DNA of 64,000 nucleotides from Scenedesmus sp. PABB004 (Eukaryota): contig JABVCE010000035.1 of the NCBI GenBank assembly GCA_014905635.1, positions 1-64,000 of the forward strand. The letters are read 5' to 3'. The notes beneath the pieces were generated by a model. It saw only the letters and a program-made list of their open reading frames with translations, did no database searches and had not been told where the DNA came from. Positions 34,653 to 46,483 of the stretch are shown one piece after another (position 1 is the first letter of the stretch; each line of letters opens with the position of its first letter). The position numbers and the translations under genes were made by a program.

Positions 34653-36609
34653 CCACGCGGACGCGCAGGCGTGCCCGCTGCGCCTCGGGCTGCGCCTGCT
34701 CGGCCCCGGCGAGCTGCCGCCGGCCGGCGCGGCGGGCGGCGCGCCGCAGCAGGCGCAGCAGCAGGAGCTCCCCGTGCGGCGGCGGGGGCAGCAGGCGCAG
34801 CAGGCGCAGCAGCACGCGCAGCAGGCGCAGCAGCTGGCGTTCCACCTGCGCACCCACCAGCAGGCCCCCGGCGTGATGTACGTCTCCCCCGCCGCGCCGG
34901 GGCGCCTGCTGGCGGCGACGCAGGCGGGCGGCGCGGCGCCGCCGCCGCCGCCGCCGCCCGCGCCGCCGCCGCTGCCGCTGCCGCCGCCGCCGCCGGGGCC
35001 GGCGGCGGGCGCGCACCCGCTGGGCCTCGTGGGCGTGATGATGCGCGCGTTTGGGCTCGACCCCGCCGCCGCGGGCAGCTTCAGGGCGGCCGCCGCGGCC
35101 GCGGCCGGGCTGGAGGGCGCGCCCGCCGCGGGCGCCGGCGGCAGCAGGGCCGGCGCCGGCGGCGGCCGGCTCACCGGGCGGCGGCGCTCCTGGGCCGAGG
35201 CGTGCGACGTGGACGGCCGCCCGCTGGCGGCGGGCCCGCAGCAGGCGCAGCAGGCGCAGCAGCCAGGCGCCGGCGGCGCGGGGAGCTCCGCTGCGGCGGC
35301 GGCGGCGGCGGCGCCGGCGGTGGACAACAGCCACATGTGGCGCGCCGTGCACGAGTACCTGACGAGCGATGACGAGGCGCTGCTGGCGATCGTGGGCCGG
35401 CTCTGCCCGTACAGTTTCGCGGGGCAGCTGCGCGAGGAGGGCGACACGCGGCGCCAGCTCGCGGCGCTCGCGGGCAGCCGCGCCGTGCCGCAGAAGGTGA
35501 CCCGGCGCCGGCGCCGCCGCGGCGGGCGGGGCGGGCGCGCGCTGCGCGGCTCGCCCAGGCGGCGCGCCTCGCCCACCGCTGCCGCCGCCGCCTCGACCGC
35601 CGCCGCGCGTGCGCTCGCTGCGCAGGTGGTGCAGTCCATCGCCGACCGCCTGCGCCCCGGCAGCAGCACGCAGCTGCTGCGCCTCACCGCGAGCAGCGGC
35701 TACAGCCGGCGCGCCGCCGCGGCCGCGGCGGCGCTCGCGTGCGCGGGCCGCACGCCGCTGCTCGTGCCGCTCGCGGGCTGCAGCAGCGAGGAGGAGGTGG
35801 AGGCAGCGGTTATGCGAGGCATCTTTGCCCACGCCGACGCGCAGCACGCGGAGCAGGCGCAGCAGGCGCCGACGGAGCAGGCGCCCGCGGAGCAGGCGGC
35901 GCAGCAGGCGCCCGCGGAGCAGGCGGCGCAGCAGGCGCCGACGGAGCAGGCGGCGCAGCGGGCGCCGACGGAGCAGGCGGCGCAGCAGGCGCCGGCGCGG
36001 GGGGCGCGGCGGGCGCAGCACGGTGCGCTCGCTGACTACGAGAGCAGCGGCGACGACGACGAGGGGCCGCCGCCCGAGGGCGGCGGCGAGGACGACTACG
36101 ACATGGGCGGGCCGTTTGACGACGGCGACGACGACGACGCGATGGACGACGACGGCGTGGCGGAGGAGGACTTTTACGCCGACCTGCGCGACGCGCGCGC
36201 GCCCGGCGACGGCCGCGCCGCGCGGCGCGGCGGCGCGCGGCGGCGCGGCGCCGGCAGCGGCGGCGGCGGCGCCGGCGGCCCGCGCTGCAGCGAGCAGCTG
36301 GGCGCGCACCTCGCGCTGCTCGGCGCGTGCGGCGGCGCGCCGCTGCTGCTGGTGCTGGACGAGGGCGACGCCGCGGCGCTGCCCGGCGGCGGCGCGCCGC
36401 TGCGCGCGCTGCTGCTGCGCCTGCTTTGCCAGCTCCCGCAGGCCGCGGTGCTGCTGACAGGCAGCTTTGAGCCGGACGCGTTTGCCGAGCCGAGCGTGCT
36501 GCGGCGCGAGGGCGCGCCTGCGCGCTACGCGCTGCCCGACGGCGAGCTGAGCATTTCTGCGTTCCGCGTGCCCCGCCCGCTCTACTACCACTGCCTGCAC
36601 TGCTTCTGA
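33946..36609 (+). CDS. Hypothetical protein with a degenerate P-loop/STAND-like C-terminal domain (about 3 exons)
   Basis: Introns at about 33976-34287 and 35497-35625 preserve the frame; ordered segments TWADFWTAFPYEL, MWRAVHEYL, LLLVLDEGD; the rest is low complexity. Confidence 0.7.
35850..35995 (+). repeat. Coding tandem repeat EQAAQQAP[A/T], about 27-bp units
   Basis: ggagcaggcggcgcagcaggcgcc repeated about 5 times. Confidence 0.85.
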
Positions 36610-36825
36610 TACCGGGCCAGCGCCGAGACCACAGTAACAGCGGTTGAGTTGCCACGCTGGCGCCGCCGAGACCGCCGTAACAGCGGTTGCGCTGGGCTCT
36701 CACCGCCAGACCGCCGCCGCTGCCCCGCGGCCCGCAGCTGCCACACGACCCTATCCGCTTGCCCAATCCCTTGTCCGCCTCGCGGGGCGATCGGCGCGGC
36801 AGCAGCGGCGGCGGCAGCAGCAGCA

Positions 36826-37851
36826 ATGTGCGGCGGCAGCGTGCACGCGGCGCTCACCGCGCTGCGGGAGGGCCGCTGCGTCGCGATACTCGACGGCAGG
36901 TGCGCTCAAGCGGCCCAGAGCCGCCGCTTGAGCCTGCGCCGCCGCCGCCGCTGCCTGCGCCGCCGCTGCCGCCGCTGAGCCCGCGCCGGCGCCGCTGAGC
37001 CGGCGCAGGCTGCCGACTGAGCCGGCGCCGCTGCCGCCGCTGCCGCCGCCGCTGCACGCAGGGCGCGCGAGGCGGAGGTCGACCTTTTCTTCCCGGCCGC
37101 CGCCACGCACCCGCAGCAGCTCCGCTTTCTGCGTACGCAGGCGGGCGGCGAGCTGTTCATCGCCATCGGGCACGAAGTCGCGGCGACGTTTGGGCTCCCG
37201 TTCGCTGGCGCCGCGCTCGGCGGCGGCGCGGCCGCGCAGTGGCCCGTGCTCGCCCGCATGGCCAAGGCCGACGGCGAGATGTGCCAGGGCGGCTGCAGCG
37301 TGGGCGTGTCTCTTGACCACCGATCGACCAAGACGGGCGCGCCCGACGACGAGCGCAGCGTCACCGTGCGCCGGCTGGCCGCGCTGTACGACGAGGCCGC
37401 CGCGGCGCAGCTCGACCCCGCGGTGGCGGGCGAGCGCCTCGGCGCCGAATTCCACCTGCCGGGCCATATCTTTCTGTGCCAGGAGAACCCCAAGGGCCTC
37501 GCCGCGCGCCGCGGCCACACGGGTGCGCCGCCCCGCCGCGCGCCGGCCGCCCCGCCGCGCGCCGCGCGCCGACCGCCGCTTGCCGCGCGCCGCCGACCGC
37601 CCCGCCCTGCAGAGCTGTCCGTCGCGCTGGCCAAGGCCGCGGGCATCACCCCCGTGCTGGTCGGCTGCGTAATGCTGAGCAACTCGGGCGACGACTTCGG
37701 GGCGCTCGGGCCCGACGCCGCGGCGGCGTGGGCGGCGGGCGCCGGCGTGCCTCTCGTCGAGGGCGCGGACGTCGTCGCCCACGTGCTCGGCCCCGCGGCG
37801 GCGGCGGCGGCGGCGCCGGGCGCGGCCAACGGCACCGGCTGCGCCGCGTGA
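36826..37851 (+). CDS. ribB: Stand-alone 3,4-dihydroxy-2-butanone-4-phosphate synthase-like protein (archaeal-type RibB), 3 exons
   Basis: VHAALTALREGRCVAILDGRAREAEVDL, LRTQAGG, SLDHRSTKTGAPDDERSVTV, EFHLPGHIFL, RRGHTELSVALAKAAGITP; introns at about 36900-37061 and 37523-37612. Confidence 0.85.
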
Positions 37852-38413
37852 GCGGCGGGCCGCGTCGCGGCGCGCGCGCGCGCGCGCGCGCAGACGTGCT
37901 CGGAGTTTTTGGCGAGGGTCGGTTCGGCGGGACCTGCCGGCTTGCGGCGCGCAGCCAGTGCTGCGCACCGAAAAAGGAGGTGGGGTTGCATCTTGCTCGT
38001 TTGCGGCCGCGTCGCATCTCGTCGTTGTGCGCGTCTGTGCTTGAGCATGCGCTGGCGGCGCGCGCGCGCACCGCCCCTGCGTGCGCGCGCCGCGCCGCCG
38101 CCGCTCGCAGCGGCGCGATCTAGGTGTCACATGATCTCGTCGGACGGGCCGGGCGGCGCTTCGCGCGTTACGTGACGCGCTCCACTCCACTCGCGCGGCG
38201 GCCGCGACCGGTGCCGCGCTCGGGGGTCTGTCGTCCCCCGGTTTTGTACAGCCCTGCCCAACTGTGTGAGGCGACAGATGCCCCCCTGCCCGCTAAACTG
38301 CAACACCGACAATGACAGGCCGCTCGTGCGACGGCTGGCCGCTCTGCATGATGCATGCCCCGCTCTGCGCGCGCCCGAGCCGGCCCGGCCGCCGCCAGCC
38401 TCGGCCGCGCGCC

Positions 38414-41400
38414 TCACGCCCCCGGCAGCAGCACGTCGCTCAGCGACAGCCCCACGCCAAGCGCGGGCGCGCCGTCCTGCGCGACGGGCGGCACGCCGCC
38501 GCCCGCCGCGGCGCCGCCGGGGCTCAGCCGGCACCCGCACACGAGGCAGGCCGGCGGGCAGGGCTGGCGCGCGAGCGCCGCGCCCGGCGCGTCGCCCTCG
38601 ACCAGCCCCGCGCACGGCAGCGCGTCGTAGCGCCGGCCGCAGCTGGCGCAGCCCCACGCGGCGCCCGCGCCCGCGGCCGCGGAGCAGAGCAGCAGGCTCG
38701 CGGCGCAGCGCGGCCACGCGGCGCGCTCGTCCGCCGGCCCCGCGCCGCCCTCGTCGCCGCCTGGCGCGCGCGCGCCCGCCGCGACGTCCGCCGCCGCCAG
38801 GCCGCCGCCGGCGCCGCCGGCCACGCCCACGGGCGGCAGCGCGGCGGCGTCGAGCGGGTTGGGCTCGCGCGGCGCGACGAGCCCCGCCCGGCTGCTCGCG
38901 CACAGGCGGAGCGCCGCGTACGCCGCCGCCGCGGGGCGCGTCACCTCCAGCGCGAGCGCGGGGTGCTGCACGTTCAGCGTCACCCAGTCGGCCATGAGCA
39001 GCTCGCTCACTGGGAAGCGACGCAGCCCGCCCACGCCGGCGGCGGCGCCGCCGTCGCAGGCACCGCCCGCAGCGGCGGCGGCGGCGGCCGCGGCGGCGTC
39101 GGCCGGCGCCGGCAGCACCAGGCCCGGCCGCGGCGCCGCGGCCGCGGCGGCGAGCGCGGCCGCCTGCGCGGCCGCGAGGGCGGTTGCGGTGGGGGCGTCG
39201 AGGGCGTACGCGAGCCCACGCGTCAGCGCGGCGTGCAGGTGGCGCTGCAGCAGCTGCAGCTCCCAGCCGTCCAGCTGCGCCGGCAGCTCGCCCGCGAGCG
39301 CCGCCGCGGCCGGGCACTCGGCGACCACGGCCGCCGCCTGCGGGGCCGCCCACAGGCTCAGCACGCGCCGCGCAAGGAAGGCAGCGACCTGCAGCCCCCG
39401 CCACGCGACCGCCGGCACGTGCGGCCGGAAGCTGGCGCCGCCGTCACCGGCGCCGTGGCCGCCAGCGGCGCCGCCGCCGGCCGCCTCCCAGGGCGCGGTG
39501 AGCGCGGCCAGCACGTCCTGCAGCAGCGCCGCCTGCAGCTCCACCTCGCGCCGCTGCTTGTGCGCAAGCCTGGCCAGCAGCTCGCCGCGCACGTCGCCGC
39601 TGGGCGCGGGCGAGGCGCCGGCGGTGCAGGCAGCACTGGCGGTCGACGGCCGGCCGCGCCGCCGCGCGTTGGGCGAGGCGCCGGCCGCCGCCCCAGCCGA
39701 AGATGCTGCCGCTGCCGCCGCCGCGGCCGCGGGGTCGCTGCCGCCGCCGCTCGGTGCCGCATCGGCCGCGGCCCGCGGCGGCGCGAGGCTCTGCCACCCG
39801 CAGCGCGCGACCGCGGCTGCGACGTCCCACAGCGCGCCCGCCGACAGCACCGGCTGGCGCGCGCCCGCCGTGAGCAGCGCCGGCAGCAGGCGCGCGCGGA
39901 GCACGTCCTGCAGCGCCGGCAGGTCGCCGGGCGCGAACCGGCTCAGCAGCTGCAGCGCGCCCTGCGTGAGCCGCTGCCAGGCGCTCGCGTTGAGGCGCAC
40001 GCCGCCGCCGCCGCCGCCGCCGCCCGAGGCGTCGAGGTCGCCCGCGGCGGAGGTGACGTGCCAGTCGCGCGCGGTCGCGAGCAGCAGGCGGCCGCCGCTG
40101 CCGGCGAGGCCGGTGAGCGGCGCGACGGCGCGGCGCGCCGGCGTGAGCGCGCTCGCGGGCGCGGGGCGCAGCCACTGGCGGTTGAAGCGGCACGGCGGCC
40201 GCGCGGGGTCCAGGCCGTCGGCGCCCCAGCTCCACGTCAGCACCTGGCCGTCCGCGCCCGCAGTGGCGAGCTGCTGCTCCCAGGGGCTCCACACCACGCC
40301 CGTCACAAAGCCCGCGCCGTGGCAGCGCCGGCTGCACCCCGCGCCGGCCATGACCGCCGCCGAGAGCGCCTGCCGGCTGAAGCGCGGCGCCGGCGCGCCC
40401 GCGGCGGGGGCGGGCACGAGCACGCCGCTGCGCCAGGCGGTGACGCGGCCGAGGGGCTTGCCGGCCGCCACCAGGAGCTGCCAGCCGGCCGCGGCGCCGC
40501 CGCCGGCGGGCGCCGCGACGACCGCAGTGTCGAGCACCAGCGCCGACTGCTGGTCCGGCAGCAGCGCCGAGCCCAGCCGCGTGAGCAGCGGCGCGGGCGC
40601 GCCTGCGTCGCCGCCGGCGCCGCCGCTCGGCGCGGCGGCCGACCACAGCGTCACGTCGCCGGAGCTCGTGCCTGCGGGGCAGCGCGCGCGGGGCGGGCGG
40701 GCAGGCTCGCTCGGCGCGCTGCGTCGCGCCGGCGCTTGCCCCGCAGCGGCACCCGCCGGCGGCGGCCAGCCCGCCACGCACCGACGGCCAGCAGCAGCGC
40801 GTCACCGGCGCGCTGCCGCACCACCGCGCCGGGCAGCACCGCGCAGCTGCACCGCGCCGCCGCGCCGCCGCCGCCGCCGGGCGCCGCCGCGGGGAGGGTC
40901 GCCCAGGAGAGGGAGGTGACGTAGGCGCCGGGGGCCACCGCGACCGCGCCGAGGTAGCGCAGCCGCTGCTGCTGCGCCTGCGGCGCCTGCTCCTGACCCT
41001 CCTCGCCCCCGTCCTCGTCCCCCGCCTCGTCCTCCTCCTCCCGCTGCCGCGCTACGCCGTAGTGCCGCGGCATGTCCAGCCGCCAGAGCTGCAGGCAGCC
41101 CGCCTTGCAGCCGACCGCGAGCAGCGCGCCGCGCCGCTCGCCGCCGCCGGCGACGCAGGCGGGCGACCACGCGGCGACGGTGGCCGCCATGAACGTCCGC
41201 CGCGCCTCCCACGCCGCCGCGGCGATGGTCGGGCAGCGCAGCGCCGCGAGGCTGCTGTGCTCGTACGCGGCGGCGGGCTGGGCGCGGGCGGGCGGTGCGG
41301 CGCGGCGGTGAGCGCGGCGGCGGGGCCCCTGGCAGCGGCACGCGAGGCCCGCGGCAAGCCGCACCAGGTAGGTTGCGCTGTAGTCCAGCTCATGCCCCAG

Positions 41401-42161
41401 GGGGCACTCGAAGCGCAGCCGCAGGCTCGGCCCCTGCGCCGCGCACGCGGCGAGGTGCAGCTCCACGCCCGGCGCCTGCTCCACCACCAGCTGCCCCACG
41501 CTGCGGCGGCGGCGCACGGCGCGGCGGCCGTGAGCGCCGCCGCCGGCGGGCCGGCGCCGCCGCCGCCGCTGGCCGCCGCCCAGCGCGCCCCGGCCGCACC
41601 CGACCGACATCCCGTCCACGCACGCCTCCACCGCGCGGCTGGGCGGGCCGTACGCGCCGTCGGCGCGCGCCGCCGCGATCACCGCGCCGCGCAGCGCGCC
41701 GCCGTCCAGCGCGCCGCGCCCGCGCCCGCGCCCGCCGCCGCCGCCGCCGCGGCTGCGCCCCGGCCCTGCCCCCGGCCGCGCCCGGCGCCGCCGCCGCCAG
41801 CCGCCGCGAGCGCGGCGGCCGCCGCCGCCGGGGCGTCGTCGCGGCCCAGCGCCGCGGCGAGCATCGCCGCCGGCAGCTGGCCCGCGCCCGGCGGCGGCGC
41901 GCCGTCGGCGAGCCCGCGGCCGCCGCCGCCGCCGCGGGGCATGTAGCCGCGCGAGAGGTACGCTGAGCTGGCGGTCTCGCGGACATACGGGCTGAAGCTC
42001 TGAATGATGCTCTGCCGTATCGCGGCCTTGCACTTGGTCACGAGCGCCTTGGCCGTGATTAACCCCTGCGCCTCGAGCGCGCCGCCGTGCAGCGCGAGCA
42101 GCTCGGCCCACACCTGCGCGCCACGCGCGCGGCGCGCGGCCGGCGCGCGGCCGGCGTGAGC

Positions 42162-42192
<31 letters not shown>

Positions 42193-45100
42193 GGCGGGGC
42201 GCGGGCGCGGCGGCGGGCCGCACCCGCGTCCAGAGCCGCAGGTCGGCCTTGCGCAGGTGCTGGCCCTTCTGATACCGAGGCAGCTGCGCGGCGGCGGCCG
42301 CGCGGCAGCGTCGGGCGGCAGCGGGCAGCGCGCGGCGCGCCGCGCGGCGGCGAGCCGCCCGCACCGCCCCGCCGCTCGCGCCGCCGCCGCACGCACGCGC
42401 TTGCGCGGCACGCCCTCGCGCAGCGCGGCAAAGCGCGCCATGACCGCGCGCGGCAGCGCCCTGCTCCAGTCGCTCTCGGTCGCGAGCGCGGCGGCGTCGG
42501 CGGGCAGCAGGCTGGTGAAGGTCGCGGCGTCCAGGTCGTCCGGGACCTGCAGGACAACAGGCGGCGGCGCCCGCGTCGGCGGGCGGCGCGGGCGCGCGCT
42601 GGTGTCGCGGGGCCAGCGGAGCCCTGGCACCAAGCCGCCCCGCACCTCGTACGCGGCTTCCGGGTCCCCCGACTCGTCCTCCGTCTCACCCGCCTCGCCG
42701 TCCGTGCTGGCCTCGCCCTGCCCCTCCTCGCTGGCCGCCGCCGCGGCCGCGGCCGCCTCCGCCGCGCGCCGCCGCCGCCCCGCGGCCGCCAGCGGGCCGC
42801 GCACCGGCTCACCCTCCTCCTGCTCCACCGCCCGCTCCTCGGCCGCCGCATCCTCGCCGCCGCCGTCGCCGCCGTGACGGCCGGGCGCAGCGGCGGGCGG
42901 CAGCGGGCGCTTGCGCGGCCGGCCACGCGGGCTCGAGCCGGGCGGCCGCGACGGCGACGCCACGACGGGCAGCCTGCCCGCTGCCGCCGCCTCTGCCGCT
43001 GCGATGGCCGCCTGCGCCAGGCCCAGGCCCATGGGCAGCGGCGTCGCTGCCGCCGCCGCCGCACGCGCACCCGCCGCCACGCGCCCGGCCGGCGCGCCGC
43101 CCCGGCCGCGGCCAGGCAAGGCGCCCACAAGCCGCGCGCTTCCCGGTGCCAGCCCCCGGCCGCGTCCGCGCCCCCGCCCGCGGCCTCGCGCACTGCCGAC
43201 GACCGCGCGCGAGCCTGCGGCGCGCGCGCGCGCGGCGCGCGGTCGGCAGGCAGGGGCGCCCCGCCGGCCCGCCCGCGCGGTGCCACGCAGCGCGCACTGC
43301 GCCGCCACCCGTGCGCCCGCAGCGCCGCGCCGCGCCGCACCCGAGCCGTCGCTGCCGCCGTCCGAGTCGGGCGTGTGCTCGTCGTCCTCCTCCGCCGCGC
43401 TGCTGATCTCGTGGTCCCCATCGCTCTCGCTGTCCGAGCCCCCGCCCAGTCAGAGGCGCTGTCGGAGCCGGAGCCGCCGCCGCGGCGGCGCTTGCGCCGG
43501 CCGCCGCGGCCCCGCCCGCGCCCGCGGCCCGCTGCGCCGTCGTCGCTGCTGGAGAGGTCGCTCAGGTGCGTGACAAAGTCGTCAACCCACCGGCCCCTCG
43601 GCGCCGGGGCGCCGCGCCCGCGCCCGCGCCCGCGCCCGCCGGCCCCGCGCCCGCCGGCCCCGCGGCCGCGGCTGGGGCCGGCCGCCGCAGCCGGCGCGCC
43701 GCCGTCGGCCGCCGCCGCCGCCGCCGCCGCCATCGCCTCGGCAACCTTCTGGGACATTGGCTCGGCGCTCGTGCCCGGCGGCAGCTGCGTGCCCGGCGGG
43801 ACGAGCCGACCATAGTCCCAGATGCCGGTGTCGGGCTCCCACAGCACCAGCCGCCGCACGAGTCCGGGCTGCGCCGCGGCCGCGGGGGAGCGCGGCGCGG
43901 CGTCAGCGCGCGGCGCGGCGCGCGGGCGCCGCGGCGCCGTGCGCGAGCGGCGCGGCCCCGCGGCCGGGCGCCGGTCCCCCGTCCCTCCAGCACACCCCCT
44001 CCCTCTCCCGCGCCCACCTTGAGCTCGGCGCTGGCCATGTTGCGCGCGTCGCCGACCGGCGCGGTGATGCTGCCGCCGCCCACGGTCGCGACCGGGCAGC
44101 GCCACCAGGCGTCGTCCAGCCAGAGCTCCACGCCCTCGCCCACGCGCGGGACGAAGTCACCAAGCGACACGAGCTGCGGCGCGTGAAGCGCGCGGCGCAC
44201 GGCATGGCGGCGCGCGCGGCGCGGCGCGCGGCTTGGCGCGCAGCGCGCGCGGTCGCTCGGGAGCGGCAGGCCGCGTGCGCGGCGCGGCACGGCGCGGCGC
44301 GCACCTCGGGTGGCGGGAGCGGGCGCAGCATGTTGGACAGCTCGGTGTGCAGCAGCTGCCCGCCCGCGGCGGCCGCGGCGCCCGCGGCGGCCGCGTCGCG
44401 GCGCGGCCCCGGGCCCGGCACGGGAAACCACTCGCGCACGGGCGTGCTGCCCGCCTCGTCCTCAAACAGAGCGGCGTACTCCACCAGAGCAAAGCCGTGC
44501 GCGAGGCGCACGACCCTGCGCGCGCAGCGGGCGGGGCCGCGCGCGTCGGCGGCGGCGGCGCGGACCGCGCGGGGCGCGCCGCGCGCGGCGTGCCCGCGGC
44601 GGCGCCGCGTGCCGCACACAGGCGCGCGCCCGCACCTGCCCGCCCACCACGCGCCGCGCAGGCCGTCCTCGTCATTCATCACCTCCACCTCGGCGCCCTC
44701 GGTAAAGGCGGCCGCGCCGGGGCGCGTGCGCGGCAGGTGCGCAAACGGGTCGGCGGGCGGGCGGCCGCGCTTGCCCGCGCTCGGCGGCGGCTCGCCGGGC
44801 GGCCGCGGCTTGGGCGGCCGGCCGCGCTTGCGCTTCTGCGGCGCCGCCGCTGCGGCGCCGCCCGCGTCGGCCGCTGCCGCGCCAGCGCCGGCCGGCGGCT
44901 CAGCGGGCGGCTCAGCCGGCGGCCCTGCTGGCGGCTCCGCCGGCGGCTCAGCCGGCGGCTCCTCCTCCGCGGCAGCCGCCGCCCGCCGCCCGGCCTTGGG
45001 CTCCGGCGCCGCCGCCGAGCTGCGCCGCTGGCGCTTGGCGGGTGGGCTGGCGGCGGCAGCCTCGGCTGCCTCCTGCTTCTCATCGGTGCTTGCAACGGCA

Positions 45101-46039
45101 GGCGGCGGTTGCTGCGGCGGCTGCTGCTGCTGCTGCGCCTGCTGCTGCGACGGCTGCTGCGCCTGCTGCGCCTGCTGCTGCGACGGCTGCTGCGCCTGCT
45201 GCTGCGACGGCTGTGGGGCATGCGAGCGGCCGTTGCGCCGCGCGCCGCCGGAGCCACCGCCCCGCAGCCGCAGGACGTCGCCGTCGCCGCCGGCCGCCAT
45301 GCGTTCGGCGTCCTGCGAGCGGGGCAGCGACGGCGGCACCACGGTCAGCTTCGGCGGGGCGCAGGCCCGCGCCGCGCTGCCCCACCGCGCGACGCGCACC
45401 TGCCAGCCGGTGGCGGCCATGCGCTGCTGCAGCTCGGCCGACAGATCGGCCAGCAGCTCCCAGCGGCTGGCCAGCGGCGCGCGCGGCGGCTCGAACACTT
45501 GGACCTGCGGTGCGCGGCGCGGGCGGCGGCGCGGCGCGTGAGCCTCACGGCCGGCTGCGCTGCGGAGCAGCTGCTGCCGCTGCCGCCGCCGCCGTCGCCC
45601 GCCGTCGCCCGCCGCCGCCCGCCGCGTGCCGGCGACGCCGGCGGCCTCGCGCCGCGCTCACCATGCCGTCGCTGCTGACGAGCGTGAGCAGGCACGCGCC
45701 GCTGCGCGCCGCGCCCGCGGGCGACCACGCGAGCCCGCGCACGGCCGGCCCGCCGCCGGCGGGCGCCGTCTCGGCGAGGCAGGCCAGCCCCAGCGCCACG
45801 CTGTGCTCGTAGGCGTCGGGCTTGGCGCCGAGCAGGGCCTGGGGCGAGGGCGTCGGCGCGAGCGCCGCGAAGCCGCGCGCCCCGGCCAGGTCGGGGGCGG
45901 CGGCGATGACGGCCATGCGCCCCGCGGCCACGGCCAGCAGGTTGTCCTCACTCCACTTGACGCCGTCCAGGGGCGCCGGCGCGTGGGAGAGCTCCAGCTG
46001 GTCGGCCATCTGGCGCGGCGCGCCGCCGCTGCTGCCCAT
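38414..46039 (-). CDS. TFIIIC delta/GTF3C4 (Tau60)-like WD40 protein with inserted AT-hooks and Agenet/Tudor domains (multi-exon)
   Basis: N-terminal VKWSEDNLLAVAAG...LAWSPAG...CLLTLVSSDG; WD repeats (VAAWSP, LLAVGCKAGCLQLW, VGTSSGDVTLW, HGAGFVTGVVWSP, LATAGADGQVLTW); C-terminal Cys cluster WPRCAASL..WGCASCGRRY..PACLVCG. Start at ATG 46039 or 46009. Confidence 0.65.
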
Positions 46040-46483
46040 GCCGCCCGCGCCGCACGCGCGCCGGGCGGCGCCGCCGGCCCCCGGGAGCGCTGTGCTAGAA
46101 GCGGGCAGCCTCAGGGCGCGGCCCGGGGCGCTGCCGCGACCATGCTGCGCCCGCTGCTGCTGCCGGCCGGGCGGCGCGGCGCGCGGCGGGGGCGCGCCAC
46201 GGAGGTGTGGGGCGCCGCGATCGGGCCGTCGCGACGTCGCCGCGGCCGCGCAGGCCACAGGTCGGGGCCGGCCGCGGTTTGGGGCTCTGCGGGCAGGAGG
46301 CGCCGCCCCCGCGCCTTGTGCGGCGCGCCCGCGCGCCCTCGCCCTCTTTCCGCAGCGGCCTCGCGTGTGTGCCAGGTGCGGGAGGGCGCCTGGGGGCGCG
46401 CCGCCGCCCGGCAGCCGGGCGCGGGCTGATTTGGCTGCTGCCGCGCCCGGCGCCGCCGCCGCAGGCCCGCGCCGGTGGCCACC

